Positions 1 through 9,793 of a DNA stretch of 64,000 nucleotides are shown piece by piece. Every line of letters begins with the position of its first letter. Position 1 is the stretch's first letter. This DNA is from Patescibacteria group bacterium (GTDB taxonomy: Bacteria > Patescibacteriota > Microgenomatia > UBA8517), in contig DASVCV010000003.1 in assembly GCA_036381415.1 (NCBI GenBank), positions 4,162 to 68,161 on the forward strand, written 5' to 3'. The notes beneath the pieces are model-generated. The model did not search any database. It saw only the letters and a program-made list of their open reading frames with translations, and was not told the origin of the DNA. Position numbers and translations under genes: made by a program.

Positions 1-250
1 TCTTTTTCAAGCTGCTTAACTATTGGGTAGGATATTCCACAAGCTGGGCACTGAAAATCTCCGAATTCTACTAATGTAACTTTAGCTTTATCTGGACTTG
101 TTTGATGGCTGTCTTTTTTTACAAGAAGAGAGGTGTCTGAGATTACTTGGGGAGGAATGGGAGCTGGAGGTTTTGATCCAAAATAAATGAAAGCTAAAAA
201 GATTAAAAAGAAAAATGCTCCAATTGCAATTATTATTTTTGTTTCTTTAT
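1..250 (-). CDS. DsbA/BdbD-like thiol:disulfide oxidoreductase (partial, C-terminus outside window)
   Basis: Reverse translation of 1..250 starts MNKETKIIIAIGAFFFLIFLAF (TM/signal) and contains VEFGDFQCPACG with a thioredoxin CxxC. It lies immediately downstream of the DsbB-like gene. Confidence 0.55.
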
Positions 251-715
251 TCATTTTTTATTCTTTCTTTTTGGTAAGGCTTTGGCTCCCCTATTATACC
301 TTTTTGCCAGGAACATGCAGATATTTACCACTGTAAAGGCAGTTAATGAAAGAAGAGGGATTGTGATAATTCCAAACCAGGCAAAGAAACGAGTGGTACA
401 AGGAACATTTAAGCTACAGGGGGTAAGATTTTCTGAAACTATATGATAGTAGAGTAGGTTGTGATAGAAAGCTATCACCCAACCTACTATTGTTAAGGGT
501 AAAACATAGTAAGGAAGGTTTTTATCTTTTCTATAAATTCCAACTGCAATTATGAAAACTTGAGGATACATAAAAATACGCTGGTACCAACAAAGAACAC
601 AAGGGGTGTATTTTAAAACTTCACTAAAATAAAGACTTCCTAAAGTTGCAACAAGGACTTGTACCCAGGCAATGTAGTAAATGTTTTCCTTTAAATATTT
701 CTTCAGACTTAACAT
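251..715 (-). CDS. DsbB/BdbC-like disulfide bond formation membrane protein
   Basis: 154 aa with 4 TM helices and the CVLCWYQR CxxC motif in the first loop, typical of the Bacillus BdbC/DsbB family. Adjacent to the DsbA-like gene. Confidence 0.6.
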   Translation of the reverse strand: MLSLKKYLKENIYYIAWVQVLVATLGSLYFSEVLKYTPCVLCWYQRIFMYPQVFIIAVGIYRKDKNLPYYVLPLTIVGWVIAFYHNLLYYHIVSENLTPCSLNVPCTTRFFAWFGIITIPLLSLTAFTVVNICMFLAKRYNRGAKALPKRKNKK

Positions 716-761
716 GCTCTTTATATTATCAGATTAGAAAGAAGAGTTGAAATAGAGGATT

Positions 762-1715
762 CTAACGAGCAAAAATAATTGCATTGGGAATATTTCTTCC
801 AGGACCTGCAAGATAGCTTCCATTGTAGTAGAGGGCAGTGGAGCCTCCGGTATCTAAGTTTAATGCACCATCTGCACTTAAACTTTTGAAAACAAAGGCG
901 AACTCCTGCATGTTTACATTGTAGGCTACAACAATCATTACATTCTTACTTCCTCTTACTCCAATCCCTACTTTTGTTCCTTTTGCTTTTTGTTTATCAG
1001 CAAGTCCTGATTGATTGTCATCAATCTGTACATTTCCACCATTTACAAGTCCAGGATAATTTACAATCCCTGCAGTTAGTCCACCACTAAATCCATTGGC
1101 ATTTTGAATATAGTGAGCACCTGATCCGTCTACGTATACCATTGATCTACTGTTCCAAGATAAATTTCCTCCATTAATCCATTTTCCGAGTCTTGTGTTA
1201 TAGACTGGAAAATCATATGAATTTTTCTTACTGCTACATTCTGGATACTCAGCTGGACAAAAATATGTACCGTTTACTCCTGCAAAACCTCCATCTCTAG
1301 TTACATAATCTTTTAAAGGAGACACTGTACAGTTATCAGTGCATTCTGAATCGTTACCGGTGTCTGTAATCATTCTTGCAGAATTTAAATCGATTGAGAG
1401 AACACTAGCTGCAAAGTCACCTTTTTCAGTGTGAACTGTAATATAGCTATACCCTGCTCCTGGAGGACCTGTAACAGGTGCAGGGGTTGGCTTAAATGTA
1501 GGCGTAGCTGTTGCAACAATGGTCGGGGTTGGAGTTAGTGTGGGAGTCGGGACAGGTGTGGGAGAGGAAGTTGGGGTGGAAGTTGATGTTGGTGTAGGAG
1601 AAGAAAGATTTATATTAAAAGGAATTACCTTTTTTTGAATCAATATTGCTAAAACAATAATAATGCCTACTATTAAAAGTAAGGGAAGAATTTGTATAAA
1701 TCCCCTTTTTCTCAT
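762..1715 (-). CDS. secreted/membrane-anchored protein with Pro/Thr-rich linker, possibly phosphodiester-glycosidase (DUF2233)-like
   Basis: N-terminal TM (ILPLLLIVGIIIVLAIL), a PTPTSTSTPTSSPTPVPTPTLTPTPT linker, and a C-terminal globular domain ending YYNGSYLAGPGRNIPNAIIFAR. Confidence 0.35.
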   Translation of the reverse strand: MRKRGFIQILPLLLIVGIIIVLAILIQKKVIPFNINLSSPTPTSTSTPTSSPTPVPTPTLTPTPTIVATATPTFKPTPAPVTGPPGAGYSYITVHTEKGDFAASVLSIDLNSARMITDTGNDSECTDNCTVSPLKDYVTRDGGFAGVNGTYFCPAEYPECSSKKNSYDFPVYNTRLGKWINGGNLSWNSRSMVYVDGSGAHYIQNANGFSGGLTAGIVNYPGLVNGGNVQIDDNQSGLADKQKAKGTKVGIGVRGSKNVMIVVAYNVNMQEFAFVFKSLSADGALNLDTGGSTALYYNGSYLAGPGRNIPNAIIFAR

Positions 1716-2114
1716 ATATATTATTTATACTATATTTGAAGTTTGAAACCTAAAGTTGAATTGATATGAAACAGGTGTCTTTGTAAAGCTTTTCCTTTAT
1801 ATATTATTTTTAGATTGCTCTTTTATATATCTTTCAATCTCAGTTGGAGTTGGAACTCTTGTTGTACCGTGGAGTGTCGGTGTTGTTTTTGAAAAGGTGC
1901 TTCCACTACCATTACCATTGTATTTGTTCTTTTTGTTGAATCCATATACTCTTTTTATTTCTTCAAGAAAATCATTTTCTTTCATACTTATTATTTATGG
2001 TTTACCTGGAAGCTAATTTCAATTCTGTATTTATATCAGGAACTTAATGTAGAATGGTGCTAGCCCACTTTTTTTAACCTTCTTATTTGACTGGTACAGC
2101 AGATAACCATATAA

Positions 2115-2837
2115 TTGCCCACAATGGAAAGACTTAATAGAGTAATACTTAAATTAAGTGGAGAATTATTTGGAGAGAATGGAAATCATATTGATTTTCA
2201 AAAATATGATGATGTTGCTAATAGGCTTATTGAGATTAAACAAAAGTCAGGCACTCAACTTGCAATAGTAGTAGGCGGAGGAAATATCTTCAGAGGCAGA
2301 CAGGCTGACATAGAAGTTGACCACACTGAGGCAGACTTCATGGGAATGCTAGCAACTGTAATTAATGGGGTTGGCTTAAGAGAAGCACTAGTTAGAAATG
2401 GAGAGGCAGACACACGACTTATGACTGCTTTTAATTTGCCTGAGATGGCAGAACCATATATTAAGCACAAAGCAAGACACCATTTGCAAAATGGAAGAAT
2501 GGTTATTATTGCAGGAGGATTAGGAATTCCTAACTTCTCAACAGATTCAGCAATAGCACAGTATGCAGATGAACTTATGTGCCAAATGGTTTTAAAAGCA
2601 AGTACTGTGGATGGAGTTTATGATTCTGATCCTAGGAAAAATCCAGATGCTAAAAGATTTGCTGAAATAAGCTACCAGGAAGCTTTACAAAAAAGACTTG
2701 CTGTAATGGATGCAACAGCATTTGCAATGTGCATGAGATCTGATATTCCTATCTTTGTATTTAATATTAAGGATTTAGATAGAGTTCCTGATGCAATTGA
2801 AGGAGATCTTTCTTTTGGAACTGTAGTAAAAGGCTGA
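2115..2837 (+). CDS. pyrH: UMP kinase
   Basis: Start KLSGELFG..., IVVGGGNIFRG, amino-acid-kinase fold motifs, 240 aa. Confidence 0.9.
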   Translation: MPTMERLNRVILKLSGELFGENGNHIDFQKYDDVANRLIEIKQKSGTQLAIVVGGGNIFRGRQADIEVDHTEADFMGMLATVINGVGLREALVRNGEADTRLMTAFNLPEMAEPYIKHKARHHLQNGRMVIIAGGLGIPNFSTDSAIAQYADELMCQMVLKASTVDGVYDSDPRKNPDAKRFAEISYQEALQKRLAVMDATAFAMCMRSDIPIFVFNIKDLDRVPDAIEGDLSFGTVVKG

Positions 2838-2841
2838 CTTC

Positions 2842-3324
2842 TTAGGCTGTTTTGCTAAAGGTATTTAAAGCATCAATCTGATTTTGGCTTAAATGAATGA
2901 CAGGACGTTTTGATTTTAGGTAATTAATTGCTTCATCTGGCTTCATACCTTTTTTAATTAGATAGGCTATAAAAAGAGTTGGAGCTCTTCCGTGTCCATT
3001 TTTACAATGGATATAAATCTTGATATTTTTATTTATTAAACTCTCTAGGACTTCTACCCCAAAGGATAATTTATCAGGACTTGGAGCCTCATGGTCAAAT
3101 GTTGGCAGCCAAATAAAATAGTCTACTCCAAGAGGTGTGTCTATTCTTTCATCTTCCAAACTAATGTCTGCACGGACATTTTTGGCAAGCAACTCTTTAT
3201 TAAATCCAAACTGACAACACATATTTGTACCGAGAAAAACATTTTCATCAATTTTTGTGTAGTCAAAGCCGGGACGGCCTGAGATGTGGTTAAATTTATC
3301 AACTAGAAGATTGGGCATGTACAC
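2842..3324 (-). CDS. dual-specificity / tyrosine protein phosphatase
   Basis: HCKNGHGRAPT matches the CX5R catalytic P-loop. 160 aa. Confidence 0.7.
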   Translation of the reverse strand: MYMPNLLVDKFNHISGRPGFDYTKIDENVFLGTNMCCQFGFNKELLAKNVRADISLEDERIDTPLGVDYFIWLPTFDHEAPSPDKLSFGVEVLESLINKNIKIYIHCKNGHGRAPTLFIAYLIKKGMKPDEAINYLKSKRPVIHLSQNQIDALNTFSKTA

Positions 3325-3363
3325 GTAAAGTATAGCAGAGGAAGATGCGAAAGAAGAAAAAAA

Positions 3364-4560
3364 TTAGTCTATAAAGGTATAGGCTTTACCTTTTTTACCA
3401 GCACGGCCTGTACGGCCAATTCTATGAACATAATCTTCATATGATTCTGGAAGATCATAGTTAATTACATGGGTGACATTATTAATATCAAGGCCACGAG
3501 AGGCAATGTCTGTTGCAAGCAATATTTGAATGTAGTCATTTTTAAAGTCAGTGATTGCACGTTGTCTTTGACCTTGAGTTTTATTTCCATGAATGGAAGC
3601 TGCTCTAAATCCCCTATATGAGAGTTCACGGGATAGATTTTCAACTCCATATTTGGTTCTACCAAAAATTAGAACTTTTTTAAATTCATCTTTAATGAGC
3701 ATTTCATGGAGAACTTCAACTTTAGGTTTTCCATTTAATCTAATAATGTCCTGGTCAACATTTGCAGTTGGGGCATTTGAGGCAATTTGAATTATGACCG
3801 GGTTTCTTAATAATCTAGCCATGACTGATTGGATTTTAGGATTAAGGGTAGCTGAAAAGAATAATGACTGACGAGAAGAGGAAAGCTTTCCTACAATATC
3901 ATTAACATCATCAATAAATCCCATATCAAGCATGTGGTCTACTTCGTCAAGAACTATGTTCTTAAATTCACTAAAGTTTAGCTTTCTTTGTCTTTCTAGG
4001 TCTTTTAACCTTCCTGGTGTTCCAATTACAAATTGTGGACGACGGGAAAGGATTTTGATCTGTCCATACATACTTACTCCCCCAATACAAAGAACAGAAT
4101 ACATATTTAATCCACGGCTAAATTTTTCAAATTCATCTCTAATTTGAACTGCAAGCTCACGGGTTGGAGCTAAGATAAGGACTCTTTCCTGTGGGTTTTT
4201 AATGAGTTTATTAATTAAAGGAATTAAAAATGCAGCAGTTTTACCTGTTCCAGTTTTTGCAATTCCTACCAAATCGCGTCCATTAAGAAGCTCAGGAATT
4301 GCCTGGTCTTGGATAGGAGTTGGGGTTACATAGCCACAAGAGACTATATTGGCCTTTAATTTATCTGAAATGGCAAATCCAGCAAAGGTGTTTTTTGCTA
4401 CATATTCTTGATCTGCAACTGGCTTTTCTTCATGGGCTGATCTTTGGATTAGGACAGTTGGGTCAAATGATCTTTGACGCCTTCCTCCTCCACGACGAGG
4501 CCTTCCGAAGCCTCTTTGGCCACGGAAATTAGAATTAGAACGAAAATTTCTGTTATACAT
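3364..4560 (-). CDS. DEAD-box ATP-dependent RNA helicase with N-terminal RGG-rich tail
   Basis: Q-motif region, Walker A AKTGTGKTAAF, PTRELA, DEVD box (LDEVDHMLDMGF), SAT, HRIGRTGR. The N-terminus is Arg/Gly-rich (GRPRRGGGRRQR). Confidence 0.9.
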   Translation of the reverse strand: MYNRNFRSNSNFRGQRGFGRPRRGGGRRQRSFDPTVLIQRSAHEEKPVADQEYVAKNTFAGFAISDKLKANIVSCGYVTPTPIQDQAIPELLNGRDLVGIAKTGTGKTAAFLIPLINKLIKNPQERVLILAPTRELAVQIRDEFEKFSRGLNMYSVLCIGGVSMYGQIKILSRRPQFVIGTPGRLKDLERQRKLNFSEFKNIVLDEVDHMLDMGFIDDVNDIVGKLSSSRQSLFFSATLNPKIQSVMARLLRNPVIIQIASNAPTANVDQDIIRLNGKPKVEVLHEMLIKDEFKKVLIFGRTKYGVENLSRELSYRGFRAASIHGNKTQGQRQRAITDFKNDYIQILLATDIASRGLDINNVTHVINYDLPESYEDYVHRIGRTGRAGKKGKAYTFID

Positions 4561-4727
4561 ATCTTTTATTTTTTGGCTGCTTAACTAAATACGTATCTAA
4601 TTTGGAGAAAAGATACAATTAAAAAAACTGGGGTACCTTTATCTATCAAACTCAAATATTACTTAACAAATTAAGCAGTGGAAGGAGTATATCAGTAGAG
4701 GTCCAAAAAAGCAATTTTTAGGGCTTT

Positions 4728-5282
4728 TTAAGCTTTTCCAGTTAAAAGAGCATCAATAACATCATGGGGTAAGGAGGCTGCATTTAGGAGCGCTTTTCTA
4801 ACTAAGCTACCTGCATCGCTTCCTACTTCATCAGCTGCTTTAAGGGTTCCAACTACTGCACTTTTGGCAAGGTCACCTGAGTTAGCTCCAACGTCCCCTG
4901 CTGCTTTAATTGCTCCTGTTACTGCTGAAACTGCTACTTCTCCTAAATCTGCTCCTACTCCTGCTGCACTTTTTACTACATTGTGTGAAGCTTGGGTTGC
5001 TGTTGTACCTAAATCTCCTCCAACTTCCTTTACTCCACCAATTACTCCTGCTACTAAACCTGTAGCTGCTTGAGAAACAGAGACTCCTGTTTCTGAGGCA
5101 ACTTTAACTCCTTCTGAGACTACTTTTCCAACAGTTTCCACTGATTGGGAAGCAACTTCACCTCCTGCTTCTAGTGTTTTTACAATTAACTCTTTGGCAA
5201 CATCACGGGTGGTAGTAACTACATCGCCTGCTCCTGCTACTAAAGAAGTATAGGTCTTTTTAAAATCTTCAACGATGTCCAT
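4728..5282 (-). CDS. Ala/Gly/Val-rich repeat protein (amphipathic 11-mer-like repeats), function unknown
   Basis: 184 aa of low complexity with recurring (A/V)xxAGxVG(A/S)D(L/A)G-type periodicity. No TM segments. Confidence 0.4.
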   Translation of the reverse strand: MDIVEDFKKTYTSLVAGAGDVVTTTRDVAKELIVKTLEAGGEVASQSVETVGKVVSEGVKVASETGVSVSQAATGLVAGVIGGVKEVGGDLGTTATQASHNVVKSAAGVGADLGEVAVSAVTGAIKAAGDVGANSGDLAKSAVVGTLKAADEVGSDAGSLVRKALLNAASLPHDVIDALLTGKA

Positions 5283-5323
5283 GTACTTTTAAAAGTACAT
5301 GTTTAGAAAAGTCCTGTCAATTA

Positions 5324-6673
5324 TTAAATTTCTATTTCCTGGTTTAGTTTAGGTAGAGCTACATCTTCAATTCTTAATTCTTGGGAGATTTTTTTGGAAA
5401 GAGCTGTTCTTGAAACATCTTCCCCATGGGTCAAAAACACTTTTTTGACATTCTTAATGTGGCTAAGCCAGCCTAGAAGCTGCTTTTGGTCGGCATGAGA
5501 ACTCATGGCTTGAGTGTCACTTACAGTTGCCATTACATTAACTTTTTGTCCTTCAATTACAATTTTTTTGCTTCCTTCAAAAAGCTGCCTTCCTAAAGTC
5601 CCCTCTCCTTGGAACCCAACGATTAAAAGACGGGTAGAGGCAAGAGGCAGATAATAGGCAGCATGATTTAAGATTCTTCCTCCAACCATCATTCCGCTTC
5701 CTGCAATAATTACTTTTGGTCCTGGTTGTTTGTGCAAAGACTCACTTTCCTGAGGGCTTTGTATTACCTTTAAACCCGTAAATTCAAAAGGATTTCTTTT
5801 TTGTAAATCAGCTTGAATATGACTGTTAAGAAGTTCTTTATAATCCAAATAGAAAACAGTTGCTTTTTTGGCCATTGGGCTGTCCATATAGATGGGAGTA
5901 GTGGGTGCTACTTTTTTTTCTTCTTTTAAGTGCATTATCATATGCAAAAGTTCCTGAGTTCTTTCTAAAGAGAAGGCTGGAATAAGAAGTGTACCTCCTG
6001 ATTTTTCAATGCTATTAATTTCAGATTGGATAGCATCGGACGGGTTAAGATGAGGGTGAAGACGGTCCCCGTAAGTTGATTCTAGAACGACTGCATCGGA
6101 AGTACTAACTAATTCTGTTTCTTTTTCTAAAGGCTCTGGAGAGTTGCCTAAGTCTCCACTAAAAACAATCTTTCGGATTTGAGAGTTAGGATGTTTGTCT
6201 TCTATTTCAAGACTTGCAGAGCCTAGAATGTGGCCTGCATCAATTGCATTAATGGTAAAGTCACCAATTGTTATTGGTGCGTGATAATTGAAAGTTTTAA
6301 ATTTAGATATTGCTTTTAGAGCAAGATTTTCATCATATAAAACCTCATGATCTCCATTTTTTGCAATTTTTGCACTATCAAGAAGAGACAATTGAGTTAG
6401 ATCGCGTGTTGCCGGAGTCATCCAGATACTTTCTTTAAAGCCTTTGGATAAAAGGATTGGAAGCCTGCCACAATGATCAAGGTGGGCATGAGTTAAAACC
6501 ATTCCAGATAGGTTTCTTACATCATAGTCAAATGGTTCATAGTTTAGCTTTTCCACTTCGGGAGTGCCTTGAAACATTCCTAAATCTATAATAATGGAAG
6601 ATCCTGCCCCTGATGTGAGGACATAACTTGAACCTGTAACAGTTCCTGCCGCTCCAAGAAATTTGATTAACAT
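5324..6673 (-). CDS. MBL-fold metallo-hydrolase, beta-CASP RNA-metabolising nuclease (RNase J/CPSF-like)
   Basis: HAHLDHCG metallo-beta-lactamase motif 2, downstream beta-CASP region, C-terminal H motifs (LTHGE). 449 aa. Confidence 0.75.
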   Translation of the reverse strand: MLIKFLGAAGTVTGSSYVLTSGAGSSIIIDLGMFQGTPEVEKLNYEPFDYDVRNLSGMVLTHAHLDHCGRLPILLSKGFKESIWMTPATRDLTQLSLLDSAKIAKNGDHEVLYDENLALKAISKFKTFNYHAPITIGDFTINAIDAGHILGSASLEIEDKHPNSQIRKIVFSGDLGNSPEPLEKETELVSTSDAVVLESTYGDRLHPHLNPSDAIQSEINSIEKSGGTLLIPAFSLERTQELLHMIMHLKEEKKVAPTTPIYMDSPMAKKATVFYLDYKELLNSHIQADLQKRNPFEFTGLKVIQSPQESESLHKQPGPKVIIAGSGMMVGGRILNHAAYYLPLASTRLLIVGFQGEGTLGRQLFEGSKKIVIEGQKVNVMATVSDTQAMSSHADQKQLLGWLSHIKNVKKVFLTHGEDVSRTALSKKISQELRIEDVALPKLNQEIEI

Positions 6674-6732
6674 TTAAGTAACTTTACAGTATCTTTCGTA
6701 TAATTGTCATTATAGAAAACTGGGAGCAAAGA

Positions 6733-7092
6733 TTATTCTTTCCAAGGAGTTACAAGCTGGAAGTAATTTCCGTCTGGGTCGGCAAAGGTTGCAATCCAAG
6801 CACCCCCCATTTCATATGGCTTGGCAATAACTTTGGCACCTGTTTTTTCTATTCTTTCAGATTCCTCCTTCACCTCGGTGGTTTCTAGATTAAACATGAA
6901 ACGTTCTGGGGTTTTATTTTTGCCTTTTACTTTGTCATGGGGGCCGATAGTTAAGAAGGTTTTTCCTACTAGAAATCCATAATAGCCATTGTCATCTGCC
7001 ATTTCTGGATCTTTTTGAAAGACTTTTTGATAGAAGCTACTTAAAGCTTTTGGATTACTAGATGAAAGTAGGATTGAGTTTAGGTTTAACAT
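6733..7092 (-). CDS. VOC (glyoxalase/bleomycin-resistance fold) family protein
   Basis: 119 aa. Size and residue pattern (GYYGFLV, GAWIATFADPDGNYFQL) fit a glyoxalase-fold domain. Confidence 0.45.
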   Translation of the reverse strand: MLNLNSILLSSSNPKALSSFYQKVFQKDPEMADDNGYYGFLVGKTFLTIGPHDKVKGKNKTPERFMFNLETTEVKEESERIEKTGAKVIAKPYEMGGAWIATFADPDGNYFQLVTPWKE

Positions 7093-7104
7093 AATTTTTT
7101 AAGA

Positions 7105-7590
7105 TTATCCTTCATATGCTTCTTTTAGCTTTTGGGTGTCAATTTTCTTCATCTTTAACATTGCAGTCATTACTCTCTTAGATTTTTCAGGATCTTTATC
7201 GGCGAGCAGTTCATTTAGAAGAGTAGGAACTATTTGCCAGGAAACTCCGTATTTATCTTTTAACCATCCACATTGGCTTTCTTGTCCTCCATTTTCAGTA
7301 AGCTTCTGCCATAATTCATCTACTTCTTCCTGGGTCTCACATTTAACAACAAAAGATATTGCTTCAGTAAACTTAAAGACAGGTCCGCCATTAAGAGCCG
7401 TAAACTCCTGGCCTTCTAAAACAAAGGCAACTGTCATTGCTGTTCCCTCTTTCATTCCTGCAGCTTTAGCTGCCTCACTATCATACTTATTTACACTTAC
7501 TATTTTGGAGTTTTTAAAGACAGAAACATAGAAGTTGGCTGCTTCTTCTGCTTGGTTATCAAACCAGAGAAATGGAGTAATTTTTTGCAT
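7105..7590 (-). CDS. VOC family protein, PhnB-like (3-demethylubiquinone-9 3-methyltransferase domain)
   Basis: The N-terminus [25 protein letters not shown] and the central [15 protein letters not shown] are typical of PhnB-type glyoxalase-fold proteins. Confidence 0.6.
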   Translation of the reverse strand: MQKITPFLWFDNQAEEAANFYVSVFKNSKIVSVNKYDSEAAKAAGMKEGTAMTVAFVLEGQEFTALNGGPVFKFTEAISFVVKCETQEEVDELWQKLTENGGQESQCGWLKDKYGVSWQIVPTLLNELLADKDPEKSKRVMTAMLKMKKIDTQKLKEAYEG

Positions 7591-7654
7591 TTTTAAATGA
7601 TACCAGAAAAAATAAATTTATACTAATGAGCTTGGATTTTATTGAAATTAGGAC

Positions 7655-8011
7655 TTATTCTTTGCCCCTACTCTCATTTATCTTTACTCTTGCCTTTACC
7701 AGTTTTTCAATGAGTTTAATTGGCAACTTCTGACTAAGAGGAAACTGGACAGTTGATTTAGCAGTGACATATCCTTTCAATTCATCTTTATGTTCCTCAA
7801 TGACAGGAGGAGGAATATAAAGGCCAATGTGCTTTTTGGCAAGCCTAAAGTAGGCTAGTCTGCCTTTGTAGCCGTAATACGGCATGCCATAACTAATTTT
7901 TTCTTCTGCTTTTGGAGCTGCCTTTTTTATAACTGATCTAATTTTTTTAAGACTAGATTGAACATCACTAGGACAACTAGCTATATATTCATCAACATCC
8001 TTTGGCTTCAT
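7655..8011 (-). CDS. DUF1801 (YdhG-like) domain protein
   Basis: 118 aa with the pattern DVDEYIASCP...KKIRSVIKKAAPKAEEKISYGMPYY. Confidence 0.5.
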   Translation of the reverse strand: MKPKDVDEYIASCPSDVQSSLKKIRSVIKKAAPKAEEKISYGMPYYGYKGRLAYFRLAKKHIGLYIPPPVIEEHKDELKGYVTAKSTVQFPLSQKLPIKLIEKLVKARVKINESRGKE

Positions 8012-8028
8012 TTAAACATTATATCTTG

Positions 8029-8439
8029 CTATTTACTTTTAGCCAAAATGAATCCAGCAATATATGCTGCGATAAATCCTTCAACAGTCCAGACTCCAAC
8101 CATTAAGGCCGATACATTAAAACTAGTGTATGTAACAAACATGCCTGGAATTGTTGCTATCAAGAAATAAAGGATGGCAAAATTTAGAGCTTTTTGAGAA
8201 ACTTTCTTTCCTTCAATGTGACTACCTAATTTGTTCCAGAAATAAGCTAATACAAATCCAACAATAAAGGGATGTAAAAAGAAAAGCATCATTAATGGAT
8301 CTGTCCAAGGTCTAAAAAGACCACTTTGATACTGACTCCCCAGACTAGGTATTAGAAAACTTAAACCTTGAGAAAGGATAAAAGTAACTATTAAATTTAT
8401 TACTCCAATAATTAATCCTTGTTTTATGATCTTACCCAT
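8029..8439 (-). CDS. integral membrane protein (4 TM), unknown function
   Basis: Hydrophobic helices throughout 136 aa. Confidence 0.4.
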   Translation of the reverse strand: MGKIIKQGLIIGVINLIVTFILSQGLSFLIPSLGSQYQSGLFRPWTDPLMMLFFLHPFIVGFVLAYFWNKLGSHIEGKKVSQKALNFAILYFLIATIPGMFVTYTSFNVSALMVGVWTVEGFIAAYIAGFILAKSK

Positions 8440-8524
8440 TTTCTCACCTTCTTTACTCTAATTTGATAATGGAACAACTAAGGAATGTTTTCAAGTTTTA
8501 AAGAATTACTACTTTGTAAAGATC

Positions 8525-8677
8525 TTATTTTTCTTTATCAATCAATTCTTGGAGTTTAGGAGGAATTGGACGGCAATCACAATTTTTAGCATGAGAAATG
8601 TGCCATTTAATCCTTTCTTTAATAGTAGGGTTTTTTGGCATTTTATTTTTAAGATGCCAGTTTTTATTTATAGGCAT
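8525..8677 (-). CDS. unannotated small Cys/His-containing protein (50 aa)
   Basis: Manually read ORF: MPINKNWHLKNKMPKNPTIKERIKWHISHAKNCDCRPIPPKLQELIDKEK. It has a clean ATG, sits below the 60-aa ORF-track cutoff, and lies in an otherwise empty 270-bp gap. Confidence 0.3.
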   Translation of the reverse strand: MPINKNWHLKNKMPKNPTIKERIKWHISHAKNCDCRPIPPKLQELIDKEK

Positions 8678-8713
8678 AATTAATGACAGCACTAGAATCT
8701 AGGAATAAAGGGC

Positions 8714-9718
8714 TTAAGAATCTTTAATTAAACTCCAAGTTGCATATTCTTCAGGAGTAAGAGAGAGCTTTTTGGCTGATTTTCTACTGTAGGATCTTTC
8801 AAAATGCGGAACTAAAATATTTTTCTCGTAAGAAGTAATAATTACTGGGTGGATATAGTAGGTACGACAGACTTTCTTGGTATTTCCTAAATGATCTGCT
8901 ACTTCAGATACAACTTCTACGATATTTCTCTTAAGGTCAGTTGGTGTGGGGGCATTTCCTTTCTTGTACAAAGAATCTCCTGCTAAAACACTTCCTCCCC
9001 AGGTACGGAAATCTTTTGCAGAAAAGTCAGCTCCTGTGTGGACTTGCAAATAATTATTAACATCTTGGGAATCTACAACTTTTTTATTGTTGTCATCATC
9101 TACATATTGGAAGAGCTCATAACCTGGAAGTTCAATACATTCTTTTATTGTTTTGGCAATACGAGGGTAGGTAACATCAATGTCATGGAAGACACCACTT
9201 TTTCCTTTAAAGCTAAAAGTTACCGTGTTGCCTTCTACTTCTACATGTTTTTCCCGCATGGTTGTTAGACCATATGATTCATTCTCCTTGGCATATGTTT
9301 TATTGCCTACTCTAATGAAGGTGTGCTCTAACAACCAAACAACAGTTGCTACTACTCTATTCTGAGTTAGAGAACGTTCACTCATGTGAGCCTTAACTGC
9401 TTTTCGAAGAGTGGGAAGGCGCTCACCAAAGAGGACCATTTGGTCAAATTTACGTTCCTGGCTTTTTTTGACCCATTCTGGGTGATATATGTACTGCTTT
9501 CTGCCTGCAGCATCTATTCCTATTGCTTGAATATAATTCTTGGGATCTTTACTAATTTGAACATCTTTCCAGGCAGGAGGAATGACAAGACCTTTTATAC
9601 GGCTTGCTGCATTTTTAGAAACAGGTTTTCCACTTTCTGTTACAAACCTAAAGCCACTCTCCTTTTTAACTCTTTTCCAGGCAAGTTCTGTATCTTTACC
9701 ATAATGAATATGGGTCAT
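8714..9718 (-). CDS. DNA topoisomerase IB (poxvirus-type)
   Basis: 334 aa. Start MTHIHYGKDTELAWKRV..., core FRGKSG..., C-terminal CRTYYIHP...SYxK region with the active-site Tyr motif of bacterial TopIB. Confidence 0.8.
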   Translation of the reverse strand: MTHIHYGKDTELAWKRVKKESGFRFVTESGKPVSKNAASRIKGLVIPPAWKDVQISKDPKNYIQAIGIDAAGRKQYIYHPEWVKKSQERKFDQMVLFGERLPTLRKAVKAHMSERSLTQNRVVATVVWLLEHTFIRVGNKTYAKENESYGLTTMREKHVEVEGNTVTFSFKGKSGVFHDIDVTYPRIAKTIKECIELPGYELFQYVDDDNNKKVVDSQDVNNYLQVHTGADFSAKDFRTWGGSVLAGDSLYKKGNAPTPTDLKRNIVEVVSEVADHLGNTKKVCRTYYIHPVIITSYEKNILVPHFERSYSRKSAKKLSLTPEEYATWSLIKDS

Positions 9719-9793
9719 TACTTATTGTAGTTCAGTTTGGTTTTGTTAAGAAGAAGAAATTATATTTTTGATTTATCTTTTATGTGGAGGGTG

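Noticed and set aside
2255-2470. 71-aa minus-strand ORF inside pyrH
   Set aside because: It is antisense to the well-supported UMP kinase gene.
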